A DNA stretch of 64,000 nucleotides, taken from IMG/VR virus record IMGVR_UViG_3300034374_009547, one strand, 5' to 3'. Within the stretch, counting starts at the first letter, position 1. Each line of letters opens with the position of its first letter. Under the pieces are notes generated by a model that was given only the letters and a program-made list of their open reading frames with translations, was not told where the DNA came from and ran no database searches. Source of the stretch: a virus (taxonomy: Duplodnaviria > Caudoviricetes). This document shows positions 1-9,626 of this stretch, in pieces. A program made the position numbers and the translations under genes.

Positions 1-1
1 T

Positions 2-1348
2 AGTGTTTTTGCAGACGATTCAACTCTATTGATTGACGGCGTAGGACAATTAGTAAAAGGTGCATTTTTAAATAACGCCATTGATTTACAAGAAGGCGCA
101 TTTAAAATTAATTATCCAACAACAGGTAGTGATCCTTATGTAGACATACAAGTTATAGGTAATAATAACAAACGTGTCGATACAACATTTGTAAGAAAAT
201 TAGTTGGCGGAAATATAGGCGACAGCGATTTACTTTATCAAGAAGTTATAGTACGTGATGATGATATTGGTTTCCAAAGAGAATGGACCACTTTTGTTAA
301 TTCAAATGCATACATCATAAACAAAGGTAATACTTATTCACCAGCAAATTCAGTAGCAATTTTAGATGGACAAGTAGGTATCGGTACTTTTGCTCCTAAT
401 GCTGAACTAGAAGTAAATGGTTCAATTATTGCAACATCAGGTATATTAGGTGATTTAAAAGGTAGTGTTGCAGCAGACGATAGCACAATACTTGTAGATT
501 CTGTAAGTGGTTCAATAAACATTGCAAATACAAACATAGGTGCTTTTAATGTAACTTCTCCACAAGCAGGTCAAGTTTTAAAATGGAACGGTAGTGAATG
601 GACTAACGCTGCTGATAATTCAGGCGGCGGCGGTGCTGGCGGTAGTGCATTTACAAATATTGGAATTGGTGCAGATGATAGTGTACTTAGACTAATTGAA
701 GAAGGTGAAAGTTTCTTAATTTTAGGTGGTGCAGGTATTTCAACTGCTAGTGACACAGAAGGCAACATTACTATCACAGGATTTGATGGTGCATTTAGTT
801 CATTAACTGGCAAACCAACAACTATAGCAGGTTATGGAATTACAGATGCATTTGATGGTGCGTTTGGTAGTTTAACAGGAACACCTACTACTCTTGCAGG
901 TTATGGAATAACAGATGCAGCAACCTCAGCTCAAGGTGCTTTAGCAGATACTGCTATACAACCTGCAGATTTAGGGTCACTTACATTTACAGCAAGCGTA
1001 CTTGATACTTCAGATTCTAGTGAAATTACATTTACACCAGCAGTAAGATTTAGTAGCGACATTAACGTAGAAAACGATTTAGTAGTAACTAATAAAATTA
1101 TTGCAAATACAATAGAAGTAGAAAATATTATTACCAATGCAAGCGGTACACCTGAGATAGCATCTGACACGGATATCATTCTTGCAGCAGGAACAAGAGT
1201 TGAAGTATCGTCAAGTCCTTTGAAAATGGCTAGTTACACAACAAGCGACAGAGGAAACATTTCAGCAGAAAATGGCGATGTAATTTACAACACAACAGCA
1301 GGTAAATTTCAAGGATATGCAAACGGCGTTTGGGTAGACTTACACTAA
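2..1348 (+). CDS. Tail-fibre-like virion protein, 5'-truncated (frame open from position 2)
   Basis: Frame reads SVFADDSTLL upstream of the listed TTG at 29, with no stop. Gly/Thr/Ser-rich; PTT(I/L)AGYGITDA fibre repeats; C-terminus KFQGYANGVWVDLH shared with 41096..42523. Confidence 0.75.
   Translation, partial: SVFADDSTLLIDGVGQLVKGAFLNNAIDLQEGAFKINYPTTGSDPYVDIQVIGNNNKRVDTTFVRKLVGGNIGDSDLLYQEVIVRDDDIGFQREWTTFVNSNAYIINKGNTYSPANSVAILDGQVGIGTFAPNAELEVNGSIIATSGILGDLKGSVAADDSTILVDSVSGSINIANTNIGAFNVTSPQAGQVLKWNGSEWTNAADNSGGGGAGGSAFTNIGIGADDSVLRLIEEGESFLILGGAGISTASDTEGNITITGFDGAFSSLTGKPTTIAGYGITDAFDGAFGSLTGTPTTLAGYGITDAATSAQGALADTAIQPADLGSLTFTASVLDTSDSSEITFTPAVRFSSDINVENDLVVTNKIIANTIEVENIITNASGTPEIASDTDIILAAGTRVEVSSSPLKMASYTTSDRGNISAENGDVIYNTTAGKFQGYANGVWVDLH
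782..919 (+). repeat. Tandem 69-nt (23-aa) repeat x2: FDGAF(S/G)SLTG(K/T)PTT(I/L)AGYGITDA
   Basis: Copies at 782-850 and 851-919. Protein nearly identical, DNA differs at many third positions. PTTLAGYGITDA is a familiar phage tail-fibre motif. Confidence 0.95.
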
Positions 1349-1358
1349 GGGGGCATAA

Positions 1359-4358
1359 ATGACCGAATCACATTACTCGTTAGGTACTTATACAGCAGAG
1401 CAGTATACCGCACTACACAACGAGCTTACAAGCTCTACGGACATAGCAAATGTACCAGATAGGGTTTGCAGTTGCTCAGACGAAAAAGAACATAGTCCAA
1501 CAAGAGGATGTTTTCTTTTAACAGAAGATGAAGCAACAGCACTTAAAAACGATCCTAGGGTATTGTTTATAAACATAGATTACTTATCATATCCTGAAAC
1601 ATACGCACCGCCGCCAGACGAACTACATGCATCAGTAAGTCCATCACTATTAAACAGATGGGGCGGAAATGTAAAAGTTTACAAAGAATTTGAAGATAGT
1701 AACACTCTACCATCAACTCCAACTTCGGCAGATTGGAACAGAACTGGTTATCAAATACTAAGAGGAATGTATGAAGTAGATCCTTGGATAAATGATGGCG
1801 TTGCAGATGATACCGTAAAGTTTGAAAATATTACACAATTAGGCGACGGTATAGATGTCGATGTTATTGTTGCAGATGACGGAGCAGGATGGATAGGTCA
1901 TCCAGAGTTTCAAAACAATTGTGAGGCACCTAAACCAGATGGATACACAGGTGGCAATCTCTTGCCTGGTGAAGGTACATGCGATGTTTTAGATTTAGTT
2001 CTTGATGCGCCTTATTATTTAGATCCGGATTACTTTAATGCAGATCCTGATAATAGACTCACTACACGCTGGGACGGAACAATAGTACCTGTAGAAACTC
2101 ATTCACGTAACTGGTGGTCTAGTTCACTTTATAGGAGCAGTGCCTTTAAAGCAAAACATCCAGGTGCTGGTTATACAAGTAGTATAACAACTAGTTACAC
2201 AAGAAGTAATTGTAATGGTAGTAACACAGCACAGAGCGCTGTAGGACAGCACTGCACGCCCTGTATGGCGCTTACATACGGTAGAACACAAGGTTGGGCA
2301 TACAATGCTAACAAATGGGTTTTAAACTTGTATGGTACATATGGCTCAGATATCGAGCGTGGATTTGACATTCAAAAAATATTTCATAATACAAAACCTG
2401 TGAATAGAAAATATGGTACGCAGGATCCAACGGTGAGCTCAAATAGTTGGGGTTATCGTGCAAGCAAAGGTGATAACCCAGGATGGTATCATTTTAGAGA
2501 AGATTCACCTGTAACATATGCAGGAACAGGTGCAGAACCTACATTTATCTCGCACATGGGATCACAAGGGGATAGCGGTCGCTGGAAAAGTGAAATGAAA
2601 ACCAACTCACTTACAACTGCATTAGACGAACTTATCGACAGCGGAGTAATATTTGTGTGTGCTGCTGGTAATAGTAACCAAAAACAAACCAACTGGGGGC
2701 ATCCTGATTTTGACAACTATATCAGTGCCAACAGCGATGACACTATCGAAGAAAGCAGTTATTTTGAATTTAGCGTAGAAACCACTGGTACAACCAATAG
2801 ACGTGGATTTCCGCAACAAGGTGGCAAACATGATTTAAGTGACGGTCTCGGTAGCGATTTCTTTAAGCGTGAACTTACGGTTAATGGTGTACGTATTGTA
2901 GGAGCCGGTAGCGTTGGTGGGCAGGTAGCAGTGCCAGATGCGTGGTTAGAAAAAGTTGGACGTATGTTTGAACTTTTCTTAGACAAAAATGCCGCAGGTA
3001 TTAACGAAGAATACCAAAGAAACTTAATCAAAACACTAAGTGGCGACACAGGAACTTATCACGCAGGCTTACCAACACTTCAAAGAGTAGCAAGAGGCGC
3101 CGGTGGAGACTATAGCACAAACTTCTTAACAGATGATGGTATTACTTTTTGGAATCTATCACCACTATTTGATAGCCATGTAGCAAACGATATGGTTTGG
3201 TATTTGAATTCAACCGGTGATGGGTATGGCGATGGTGACAACGATGCACAAGAAGTTATTGAACACGTATTCCACACACTACACATGCACGGGTTACCTG
3301 CAGATGATATAAAACTATATCAGTTCTTGGCCCCTGATTGGCAGTCAGGTGATTTGTATGCGGCAATGGAAGAAGCCTATGATGCAGGCAAGTGGGATAG
3401 TTCGGGATATGGCGGAAATGCTTGGAAGACTGATGCAGATGCATTTGAAGTAGCAGCAAAAGAATATTTGTATCTGCTAAACTTTTGTATGTTTGAATAC
3501 ACAGAATTATGGGACGGCGGAAGTCTTGCTCCTGAATGGACAGACGATATGCGTACCCAAGCAGGCATTCAAGCAAATAATCCATTGGGTTATGCTTTCC
3601 ATAATACTTGGATTGCTCCGGTTATTAGTAAGCCATCGCTTGCTACTATTAGAAGCATATTCCAAGATGGCAACACACCAGAACAAGACGATCCAAGTCT
3701 AGCAGGTGTATCAGGATATGTTGTAAGTAACGGAAGTACGCAGGACCCTGAATACAACAATGGACCGCTTATTAGCAATGGAGAAGTTGCATATAAAACA
3801 ATCAACATTGGTGCACTAAATGATCAACATGCTACAGGTCCTAAAGAAAGAAAAGTTGGCTATAGTGATAGAGGAAATGCCATAGACGTATATGCACCTG
3901 CTGATGGTACACTAGCAGCAAATAGAAGTTATACTCCAGAAGGTAGATACCCTGACACGTATCCTGGATTCACAGCAAACAGCGGATCAGGTGCAGGTGT
4001 TCCTGAAGAAACTGGATTTAGTGGTACTAGTGCTGCATGTCCTGTCGCAGCTGGTTTTATTTCTACACTTGTAGGTTTAAATAGAAACTGGGGTTGGCGT
4101 GAAGTCAAAGATTATTTTGAAAGTTTGAACGAACAAAGTGATGCTAATTTTTACAAAGGTAGCGTGTCGACTAGTGCAACTGATGCTAACTGGCTAGACT
4201 ATGATGGTTTAGAAGGTGGAAGAGCAACCGTTATGTACCAAGATGCTAATTTGATTAATCAAACTACATTTCCTAAACGTCAAAGTAAAATTTCAAACGG
4301 GTTGCAAACAAGTGGAATAACTATAAACTATATTAACAAGTTTGATAGAGGACGTTAA
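1359..4358 (+). CDS. Subtilisin-like (S8) serine protease with a large internal inserted domain
   Basis: Asp motif DVIVADDG (D173), His motif GQHCTPC (H298), oxyanion AAGN (N438) and Ser motif FSGTSAACP (S891), in subtilase order. AAGGGGG SD-like site before ATG 1359. Confidence 0.85.
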   Translation: MTESHYSLGTYTAEQYTALHNELTSSTDIANVPDRVCSCSDEKEHSPTRGCFLLTEDEATALKNDPRVLFINIDYLSYPETYAPPPDELHASVSPSLLNRWGGNVKVYKEFEDSNTLPSTPTSADWNRTGYQILRGMYEVDPWINDGVADDTVKFENITQLGDGIDVDVIVADDGAGWIGHPEFQNNCEAPKPDGYTGGNLLPGEGTCDVLDLVLDAPYYLDPDYFNADPDNRLTTRWDGTIVPVETHSRNWWSSSLYRSSAFKAKHPGAGYTSSITTSYTRSNCNGSNTAQSAVGQHCTPCMALTYGRTQGWAYNANKWVLNLYGTYGSDIERGFDIQKIFHNTKPVNRKYGTQDPTVSSNSWGYRASKGDNPGWYHFREDSPVTYAGTGAEPTFISHMGSQGDSGRWKSEMKTNSLTTALDELIDSGVIFVCAAGNSNQKQTNWGHPDFDNYISANSDDTIEESSYFEFSVETTGTTNRRGFPQQGGKHDLSDGLGSDFFKRELTVNGVRIVGAGSVGGQVAVPDAWLEKVGRMFELFLDKNAAGINEEYQRNLIKTLSGDTGTYHAGLPTLQRVARGAGGDYSTNFLTDDGITFWNLSPLFDSHVANDMVWYLNSTGDGYGDGDNDAQEVIEHVFHTLHMHGLPADDIKLYQFLAPDWQSGDLYAAMEEAYDAGKWDSSGYGGNAWKTDADAFEVAAKEYLYLLNFCMFEYTELWDGGSLAPEWTDDMRTQAGIQANNPLGYAFHNTWIAPVISKPSLATIRSIFQDGNTPEQDDPSLAGVSGYVVSNGSTQDPEYNNGPLISNGEVAYKTINIGALNDQHATGPKERKVGYSDRGNAIDVYAPADGTLAANRSYTPEGRYPDTYPGFTANSGSGAGVPEETGFSGTSAACPVAAGFISTLVGLNRNWGWREVKDYFESLNEQSDANFYKGSVSTSATDANWLDYDGLEGGRATVMYQDANLINQTTFPKRQSKISNGLQTSGITINYINKFDRGR

Positions 4359-5197
4359 AAAGGAATAGGTTTAAGATTATAATTGTCTTCTAACAAAGCA
4401 TAATTTAAACCTACTCTATTTACATACCCTTCTCTTGAATATTTTTTACCAAATGTTTTGTTTGTAAAGCTGTATCCTAAAAATACCGTATCACTTGGTT
4501 CAAAATCTATTTCATTGCATATCTTTATTTGTTTACTTCTGTATTTGTTATACACATAGTCTGCTGAAAAATTTTTAAGCAAGTTTGTATGCATTCCTAA
4601 ACTTACATGATTTACATAATAGTATTCATTAATTAATTTCATTGCAATATTTTGTTCATTGGTAAAACATATTCCTGTTCTACAAAATCCAGTAACAAAT
4701 GTTTTGCTTAAACTAAACGCAACAAATTTAATACAAGGTTGATGTACATTTATATTTACATTAGCACAAGTTCCAAAAAAGGCCATATCTAAAAAGACAG
4801 GAATATCACACAAATTACAATAATCGATTATGTCATCAAAATGTTCGTGTTTGTTTCCATGGGCAGAAAATGGATAACTTATAATCAATTTATTTTGTTT
4901 AGATAACTCTTTTAAGTTATCGATTGATTTTATTCCTAAAGTATGATGATAAGGATATTCACCTCTAAATACACATGTTTCTAAATGTTTATAGCTTTTT
5001 TCAAAATCGCTAAATGCACTTGTAACTCCATCAGTGACATATGCACTAAAATTATTTAATCCAGTTACACAATTATTTTTGCTTGTTATAATCCAGTTTT
5101 TATATGTTACAATAAAAGTTTCAATATTATGCCATTTTGCAACTAAATCATATTCAAAATTTGGATCTTTTATTCCTTCAGCTCTATACGTTATCAT
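4355..5197 (-). CDS. PLP-dependent aminotransferase-like protein (fold type I)
   Basis: GEYPYH, ISYPFSAHGN, VFLDMAFFG (Asp contacting PLP) and FSLSKTF (Schiff-base Lys). Start placed at ATG 5197, overlapping the upstream stop, rather than at 5236. Confidence 0.7.
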   Translation of the reverse strand: MITYRAEGIKDPNFEYDLVAKWHNIETFIVTYKNWIITSKNNCVTGLNNFSAYVTDGVTSAFSDFEKSYKHLETCVFRGEYPYHHTLGIKSIDNLKELSKQNKLIISYPFSAHGNKHEHFDDIIDYCNLCDIPVFLDMAFFGTCANVNINVHQPCIKFVAFSLSKTFVTGFCRTGICFTNEQNIAMKLINEYYYVNHVSLGMHTNLLKNFSADYVYNKYRSKQIKICNEIDFEPSDTVFLGYSFTNKTFGKKYSREGYVNRVGLNYALLEDNYNLKPIPF

Positions 5198-6305
5198 ATT
5201 TTCTTTTGGGAATTTTACTATCTGCTGAACTAACACAACTTTCAGTCATACAAGGCATCGGTTTATCAAACAATTTAAATCCTGTTTCTATATTGCCAAG
5301 TGGAACGTCATGACAGCTATAACTACGCTTAATACTACCGTCTGGTTCTCTAATAATAATTCCTTGATATCCTGCATTGCAATTCCACCCTTTAAATTTA
5401 TTAAAGTTAAACGCATTAAAACGTTCTGCTTGATCCATATACCATGCTTTACCAGTACTATCTCTAAATTCAACTTGCATATGCCAAGGTACACTTGCAT
5501 CATGCTTGTACATAATGTCAGTAGGTATTTCAAACTTTGGTTTTGGCCTATCTACAAATTTTCTTTTTGATTCTGTGTAGGCTCTTTGTGGCATACCGTT
5601 CCAGAGTCTTTTAAGCATTTCGTCACTATACCCATCCACAACACGGGAGGCCGTTGGATCGGACTGGGGCTTAAGAGTAACATTAATTCCTTGTTCATGG
5701 AAGAATAAGGCGTTTTCCCAATCTCGCTCAAACCATTCAGGAACCATAACCATATTAATTGTAACTTGTACATCGTGTTCTTGACACAGGATTAGTTTAT
5801 CTGCAAAATCCTGCATTTTCTCCTTTGTGTCTAAATGCTCTGTATGAAGACTTGCTGTAATACTTGCTCTATGAAACGGCTTAACACGTTCTACATAATC
5901 CTCAAACCACTTCATTGGGCGTGAGCAGTTTGATGTCATATGGACAGAAGTATAATTAGTATTATCGACATCATCAGCCAAGTGACCAAGTATGTCCAAG
6001 TACCCTGGATGAAAGGTAGGCTCGCCCCCAGACAAACTAAAATGAAAGCTATTAAATCCGTTATCACGTGCTTGCCTCTTTATTTCATCAATTGTTTTAA
6101 GACAGAGTTCAGTCGGTCTGTGGTCTTTTCGGTCACTCCTGGCATAAGGCCAACAATAACTGCAACGATAATTGCAAAATCTACCTAGTAACCAAGATAC
6201 CGTAAAGATATCTCTGTAGAGCAGCGTTCGTTGTCCCACTTGGACAATGTCGTTAAAAGGTATTTTAGTAAAGTCATAGTTTGACCATTTTAAATCTTCT
6301 GTCAT
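5184..6305 (-). CDS. Radical SAM protein, MoaA/viperin-like N-terminus with C-terminal Cys cluster
   Basis: SWLLGRFCNYRCSYC, SGGEPTF, HMTSN, ASLH; C-terminal CNAG..SC..CMTESC. Confidence 0.9.
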   Translation of the reverse strand: MTEDLKWSNYDFTKIPFNDIVQVGQRTLLYRDIFTVSWLLGRFCNYRCSYCWPYARSDRKDHRPTELCLKTIDEIKRQARDNGFNSFHFSLSGGEPTFHPGYLDILGHLADDVDNTNYTSVHMTSNCSRPMKWFEDYVERVKPFHRASITASLHTEHLDTKEKMQDFADKLILCQEHDVQVTINMVMVPEWFERDWENALFFHEQGINVTLKPQSDPTASRVVDGYSDEMLKRLWNGMPQRAYTESKRKFVDRPKPKFEIPTDIMYKHDASVPWHMQVEFRDSTGKAWYMDQAERFNAFNFNKFKGWNCNAGYQGIIIREPDGSIKRSYSCHDVPLGNIETGFKLFDKPMPCMTESCVSSADSKIPKRKYDNV

Positions 6306-6311
6306 ATTAGT

Positions 6312-6340
6312 ATTATATACTCATTTATTGTTTTTGTCAA
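6312..6340 (-). promoter_or_regulatory. Consensus sigma70 promoter TTGACA-N17-TATAAT, -10 box 6 nt before ATG 6305 (leaderless)
   Basis: Forward strand has TGTCAA at 6335-6340 and ATTATA at 6312-6317. No SD between the -10 box and the start codon. Confidence 0.9.
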
Positions 6341-6999
6341 TTATGATATTTTATAAATTTTCCTACTTCCGGTCTAGGCTGATTTGAATGCACACCACGT
6401 TTGTATACAATACCATCAACCGGGCATCTCCAATATCCTTCGGCTTCAGGATTATGATCAAAATTTGGTTTTGTTCCAATACCCAAGCAAACCCATGTTT
6501 GATGATTGTCATAACCAATTTTTTTAGCAAAATAACTAGGGTCAGGAATACAACCACAAAATCCTGCTTGGTATCCTAAATCATATGCAGCATGTACTAG
6601 GTGCATTGCAGCCATTCCTACTTCCATATGTGATTGTGCAACATTGTCTATCATAACTCCAATAGGCCAATCTGTTTCAGGAACTGGTAAGTCTGTAATA
6701 GGTGTAGTAGGAACGGTAAAAGTTATAAGCAATGGTGCTGCCATTTGGGGTTGTTTGTTAAATGGTTTATGATTAGAACTATCTTGATCAATCCAAGTAC
6801 AATATTCATACATCCATAATCTTAAATCTTTATTGCTCCAATTGAAAACATCTATAAAGTATGGATATCTTCCTTGCTTACTAGGCAATGTTGCACATAA
6901 ATCATTCATTAGTTTTTCAACATGTTCTTCGGGTATAACTTCATTCATATTAAAATTGTTAAAGCTGTGCCGTGAATAAATTAATTCATTCCAGTCCAT
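6337..6999 (-). CDS. Nitroreductase-family (FMN-binding) protein
   Basis: N-terminal RHSF, PSKQ, and EVGMAAMHLVHAAYDLGYQAGFCGC, which matches the nitroreductase 'D/E.G.a...l.laA..lGl.t' block. Confidence 0.75.
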   Translation of the reverse strand: MDWNELIYSRHSFNNFNMNEVIPEEHVEKLMNDLCATLPSKQGRYPYFIDVFNWSNKDLRLWMYEYCTWIDQDSSNHKPFNKQPQMAAPLLITFTVPTTPITDLPVPETDWPIGVMIDNVAQSHMEVGMAAMHLVHAAYDLGYQAGFCGCIPDPSYFAKKIGYDNHQTWVCLGIGTKPNFDHNPEAEGYWRCPVDGIVYKRGVHSNQPRPEVGKFIKYHN

Positions 7000-8203
7000 T
7001 TAATACTTCTCCTAACCAAGGAAATTCAACAAAATAATCTTTTTGCTTCATTCCTCCTTGTAAAATATACCAATCTTTAGCTTTTTGTAATTGGTCTAAT
7101 TTCCTGTTTGTTCCTAGCATTGCTGCAACATTTTTACATAAATTTATATGATGTATGTTATGCTTTATGTTCAAACTTTCTAAGTAATCTATTGTCTTGT
7201 TGATTTCTGTTTTATATTTTAGCGGCAAAATACGAGGACTCATTGCAGCAGGTTCATTAACATAATTATGTCCTAGTTCCCATTTATCATTACCTCTATT
7301 TTTAATTGAAATATCTGTAATAGTTTTTATCATATTATAATGATAAGGCACACTTAATGCACTTATAGTAGGAAGCCAGCTAACACTTGTTACAGAACTA
7401 TCTTGCAAAATAGTTTCTGCATTTTTCCAAAATCTTTCCCATATCAATCCTTCACGTATTGTACTTCCTTCGTTACCCATGGCATCTATACTAGGACAAA
7501 TACGTAGATTTTTTAATCCACTATCTTTCCACATATCTAAAAAGTTTTCTAAAACCTTTGGTTTTACATTTAGGTTTGTTGTTAAACTTATTCCACCAAA
7601 TTTAGCATTTGAATTTTTATGTGCATCGATGATATTTTTAAAAACATCTGTAAACATAGGATCAAGTAAAGGTTCTCCACCAATAAAATTATAATCTAAC
7701 CATTGTTCAGATTTTCTAATATATTTGTACAAGTTGTCTAAGATTTTTGTTTTCCAAATATCTTCATCTGTATTATTGTTTTTTAATCCATCAATATCTG
7801 ACCACATACTACTTACATAACCATTACAATACATACATGTCATATTGCAAGTATTACTAAGCATTATTTCAATATGTCTTCCAGTATCATAATTAGGATT
7901 TTGCAGTTTTATTAAATCACTTTGTGTAAAATTATAATTTTTCCATGTATTCCAAACGCTCCACAAACTATCAGGATGATTTAAAGCACATTCTTTACAT
8001 CCATCAGGAAAATTATTTTGTTTTACAAAAAACTTTTTTTCTTTTTGTTCTTTTTTTCTATGTAAAAAAACTTGAGTGCCTTTTTCATCAATTTCATCTA
8101 TGGTTACTTTTTGATTAGTTTTTTTACAACAATTGACTATAGACTGCTGTGGCACACGAATGTTAATATCTGTCCACATTTTACTACAAACCATATGTTT
8201 CAT
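6986..8203 (-). CDS. Radical SAM protein with N-terminal Twitch-like Cys cluster
   Basis: VCSKMW..NCCK..GCKEC, then SNTCNMTCMYC and FIGGEPLL. Confidence 0.88.
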   Translation of the reverse strand: MKHMVCSKMWTDINIRVPQQSIVNCCKKTNQKVTIDEIDEKGTQVFLHRKKEQKEKKFFVKQNNFPDGCKECALNHPDSLWSVWNTWKNYNFTQSDLIKLQNPNYDTGRHIEIMLSNTCNMTCMYCNGYVSSMWSDIDGLKNNNTDEDIWKTKILDNLYKYIRKSEQWLDYNFIGGEPLLDPMFTDVFKNIIDAHKNSNAKFGGISLTTNLNVKPKVLENFLDMWKDSGLKNLRICPSIDAMGNEGSTIREGLIWERFWKNAETILQDSSVTSVSWLPTISALSVPYHYNMIKTITDISIKNRGNDKWELGHNYVNEPAAMSPRILPLKYKTEINKTIDYLESLNIKHNIHHINLCKNVAAMLGTNRKLDQLQKAKDWYILQGGMKQKDYFVEFPWLGEVLNGLE

Positions 8204-8910
8204 TTATAGGATCCTATAACGAGTTCATCTGCATCTGGCGGACCATACTCTTTTAAATTTATATCAAATTCACGTATATCATCAAAATGTTCTAAAATAC
8301 GTTTGGCAAATTGTATGTTATTTTTTTGATTCATATGACATGCTCTTAAATCAGCAAAATCGTCTTTCATAACATTTACCTTAAAAATTTCATGATCTAT
8401 ATCTGCTATCCGTGTCATAGAAGCTTTAATAGGTTCGTTTGCTGTTCTTGTCATAGCAGGAATACACAACTCAACATTTGGCATATTCCTAATTTCTTCA
8501 ACCAACAATTTCCAGTACAAGTTTTGTTCACGTTCGTCACAAATATATTGATAATAAAATTTCAATCCTGGTGCCATCTTTTTTGCTAGTATTGATTTTG
8601 GATCCCAATCTGATCTGTTTTCTCTGCGCATTATATAATGATATCCATAACAATGTTCAATATTGTAGTCAGTTAATTTTGGTAACCATAAACGATTAGG
8701 ATTAGTATAAATTACTATCAATTTATCGTACGCAGCTTCGTGTTGTCTAATTTGGTTGTATGTCCAATACAAACTGCTACCTGCAAATCCATGGTTGCCA
8801 ATATACCAATCTGGACGCATTTCTTGTAAATGCTCTGTCCAACGTTTTTGTTTCGCTTCCAAATCGCCAGTATGTCCTGCAAAGCTATCTCCAAAAACAC
8901 CGATCTTCAT
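8200..8910 (-). CDS. SGNH/GDSL-like hydrolase or acyltransferase
   Basis: KIGVFGDSF (block I), NHGFAGSS (block II), C-terminal RACH. ATG 8910 forms an ATGA overlap with the upstream stop. Confidence 0.65.
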   Translation of the reverse strand: MKIGVFGDSFAGHTGDLEAKQKRWTEHLQEMRPDWYIGNHGFAGSSLYWTYNQIRQHEAAYDKLIVIYTNPNRLWLPKLTDYNIEHCYGYHYIMRRENRSDWDPKSILAKKMAPGLKFYYQYICDEREQNLYWKLLVEEIRNMPNVELCIPAMTRTANEPIKASMTRIADIDHEIFKVNVMKDDFADLRACHMNQKNNIQFAKRILEHFDDIREFDINLKEYGPPDADELVIGSYK

Positions 8911-9626
8911 GTAATCAACTCTCCTGGTATAAACCAATAATCTACAGGACCGTGTGTCCTAGTAATAGCACTTTTAAATTGTACACTATAGTAATTATTC
9001 TCACGGAGCAAAGGAACCACTATATTCTGAGGACATTCAATTTGTATTATAGGTTTATATTTACTTACCGTCCATTCTGCTCCTAAAATAATCTTAGCAT
9101 CTGCACCTTCTGCATCAACTTTTATAAAGTCTATGTTTTTTATATTTTTTATTCTAACAAATTTGTCTATTGTGTTGGTTTGTACATTTAAGACTTTTGG
9201 TTCAAAATCTTCTTTCCATCTAAATCTGTCTAGGGTGTTACCTCCCATTTTTTCTGGATTTTTAGCTCTATATTCTTCAGGAACAACATAAAATTCTGTA
9301 AGTTTTCTGTGAGAGTATAAGGGTTGTTGTACTAAGGTAAAATTTTCGTATCCTTGTTGTACACACCATTTTTTAATTTCATTAATTGTGAAATCAGGTT
9401 CAAAACCATAAACATAATCATGCCACGAACATACACCCATAGACGTCGGATAATGTAAACCAACATTTATATATGTTCCTAGTTTTTTATAATGTTTTGC
9501 AATTGCATAACCTATATGATAGTTATCGTATTGCTTTTTTCCTAGTATAAATTCATCTCTTGTAATATTTCTAACTAGTTCTATATGGTTAAGGTGAATA
9601 ACTGGCAAACTCGGGAATAATTTCAA
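8907..9626 (-). CDS. FkbM-like SAM-dependent methyltransferase
   Basis: YINVGL, YGFEPD, IDFIKVDAEGAD and PIIQIE are FkbM-type motifs. Start codon uncertain. Confidence 0.7.
   Translation of the reverse strand: MKLFPSLPVIHLNHIELVRNITRDEFILGKKQYDNYHIGYAIAKHYKKLGTYINVGLHYPTSMGVCSWHDYVYGFEPDFTINEIKKWCVQQGYENFTLVQQPLYSHRKLTEFYVVPEEYRAKNPEKMGGNTLDRFRWKEDFEPKVLNVQTNTIDKFVRIKNIKNIDFIKVDAEGADAKIILGAEWTVSKYKPIIQIECPQNIVVPLLRENNYYSVQFKSAITRTHGPVDYWFIPGELIT

Noticed and set aside
2850-3725. Intein or intron as the insert in the subtilase
   Set aside because: No C/S...HN-C/S/T intein junctions or LAGLIDADG/HNH motifs; the reading frame is continuous.
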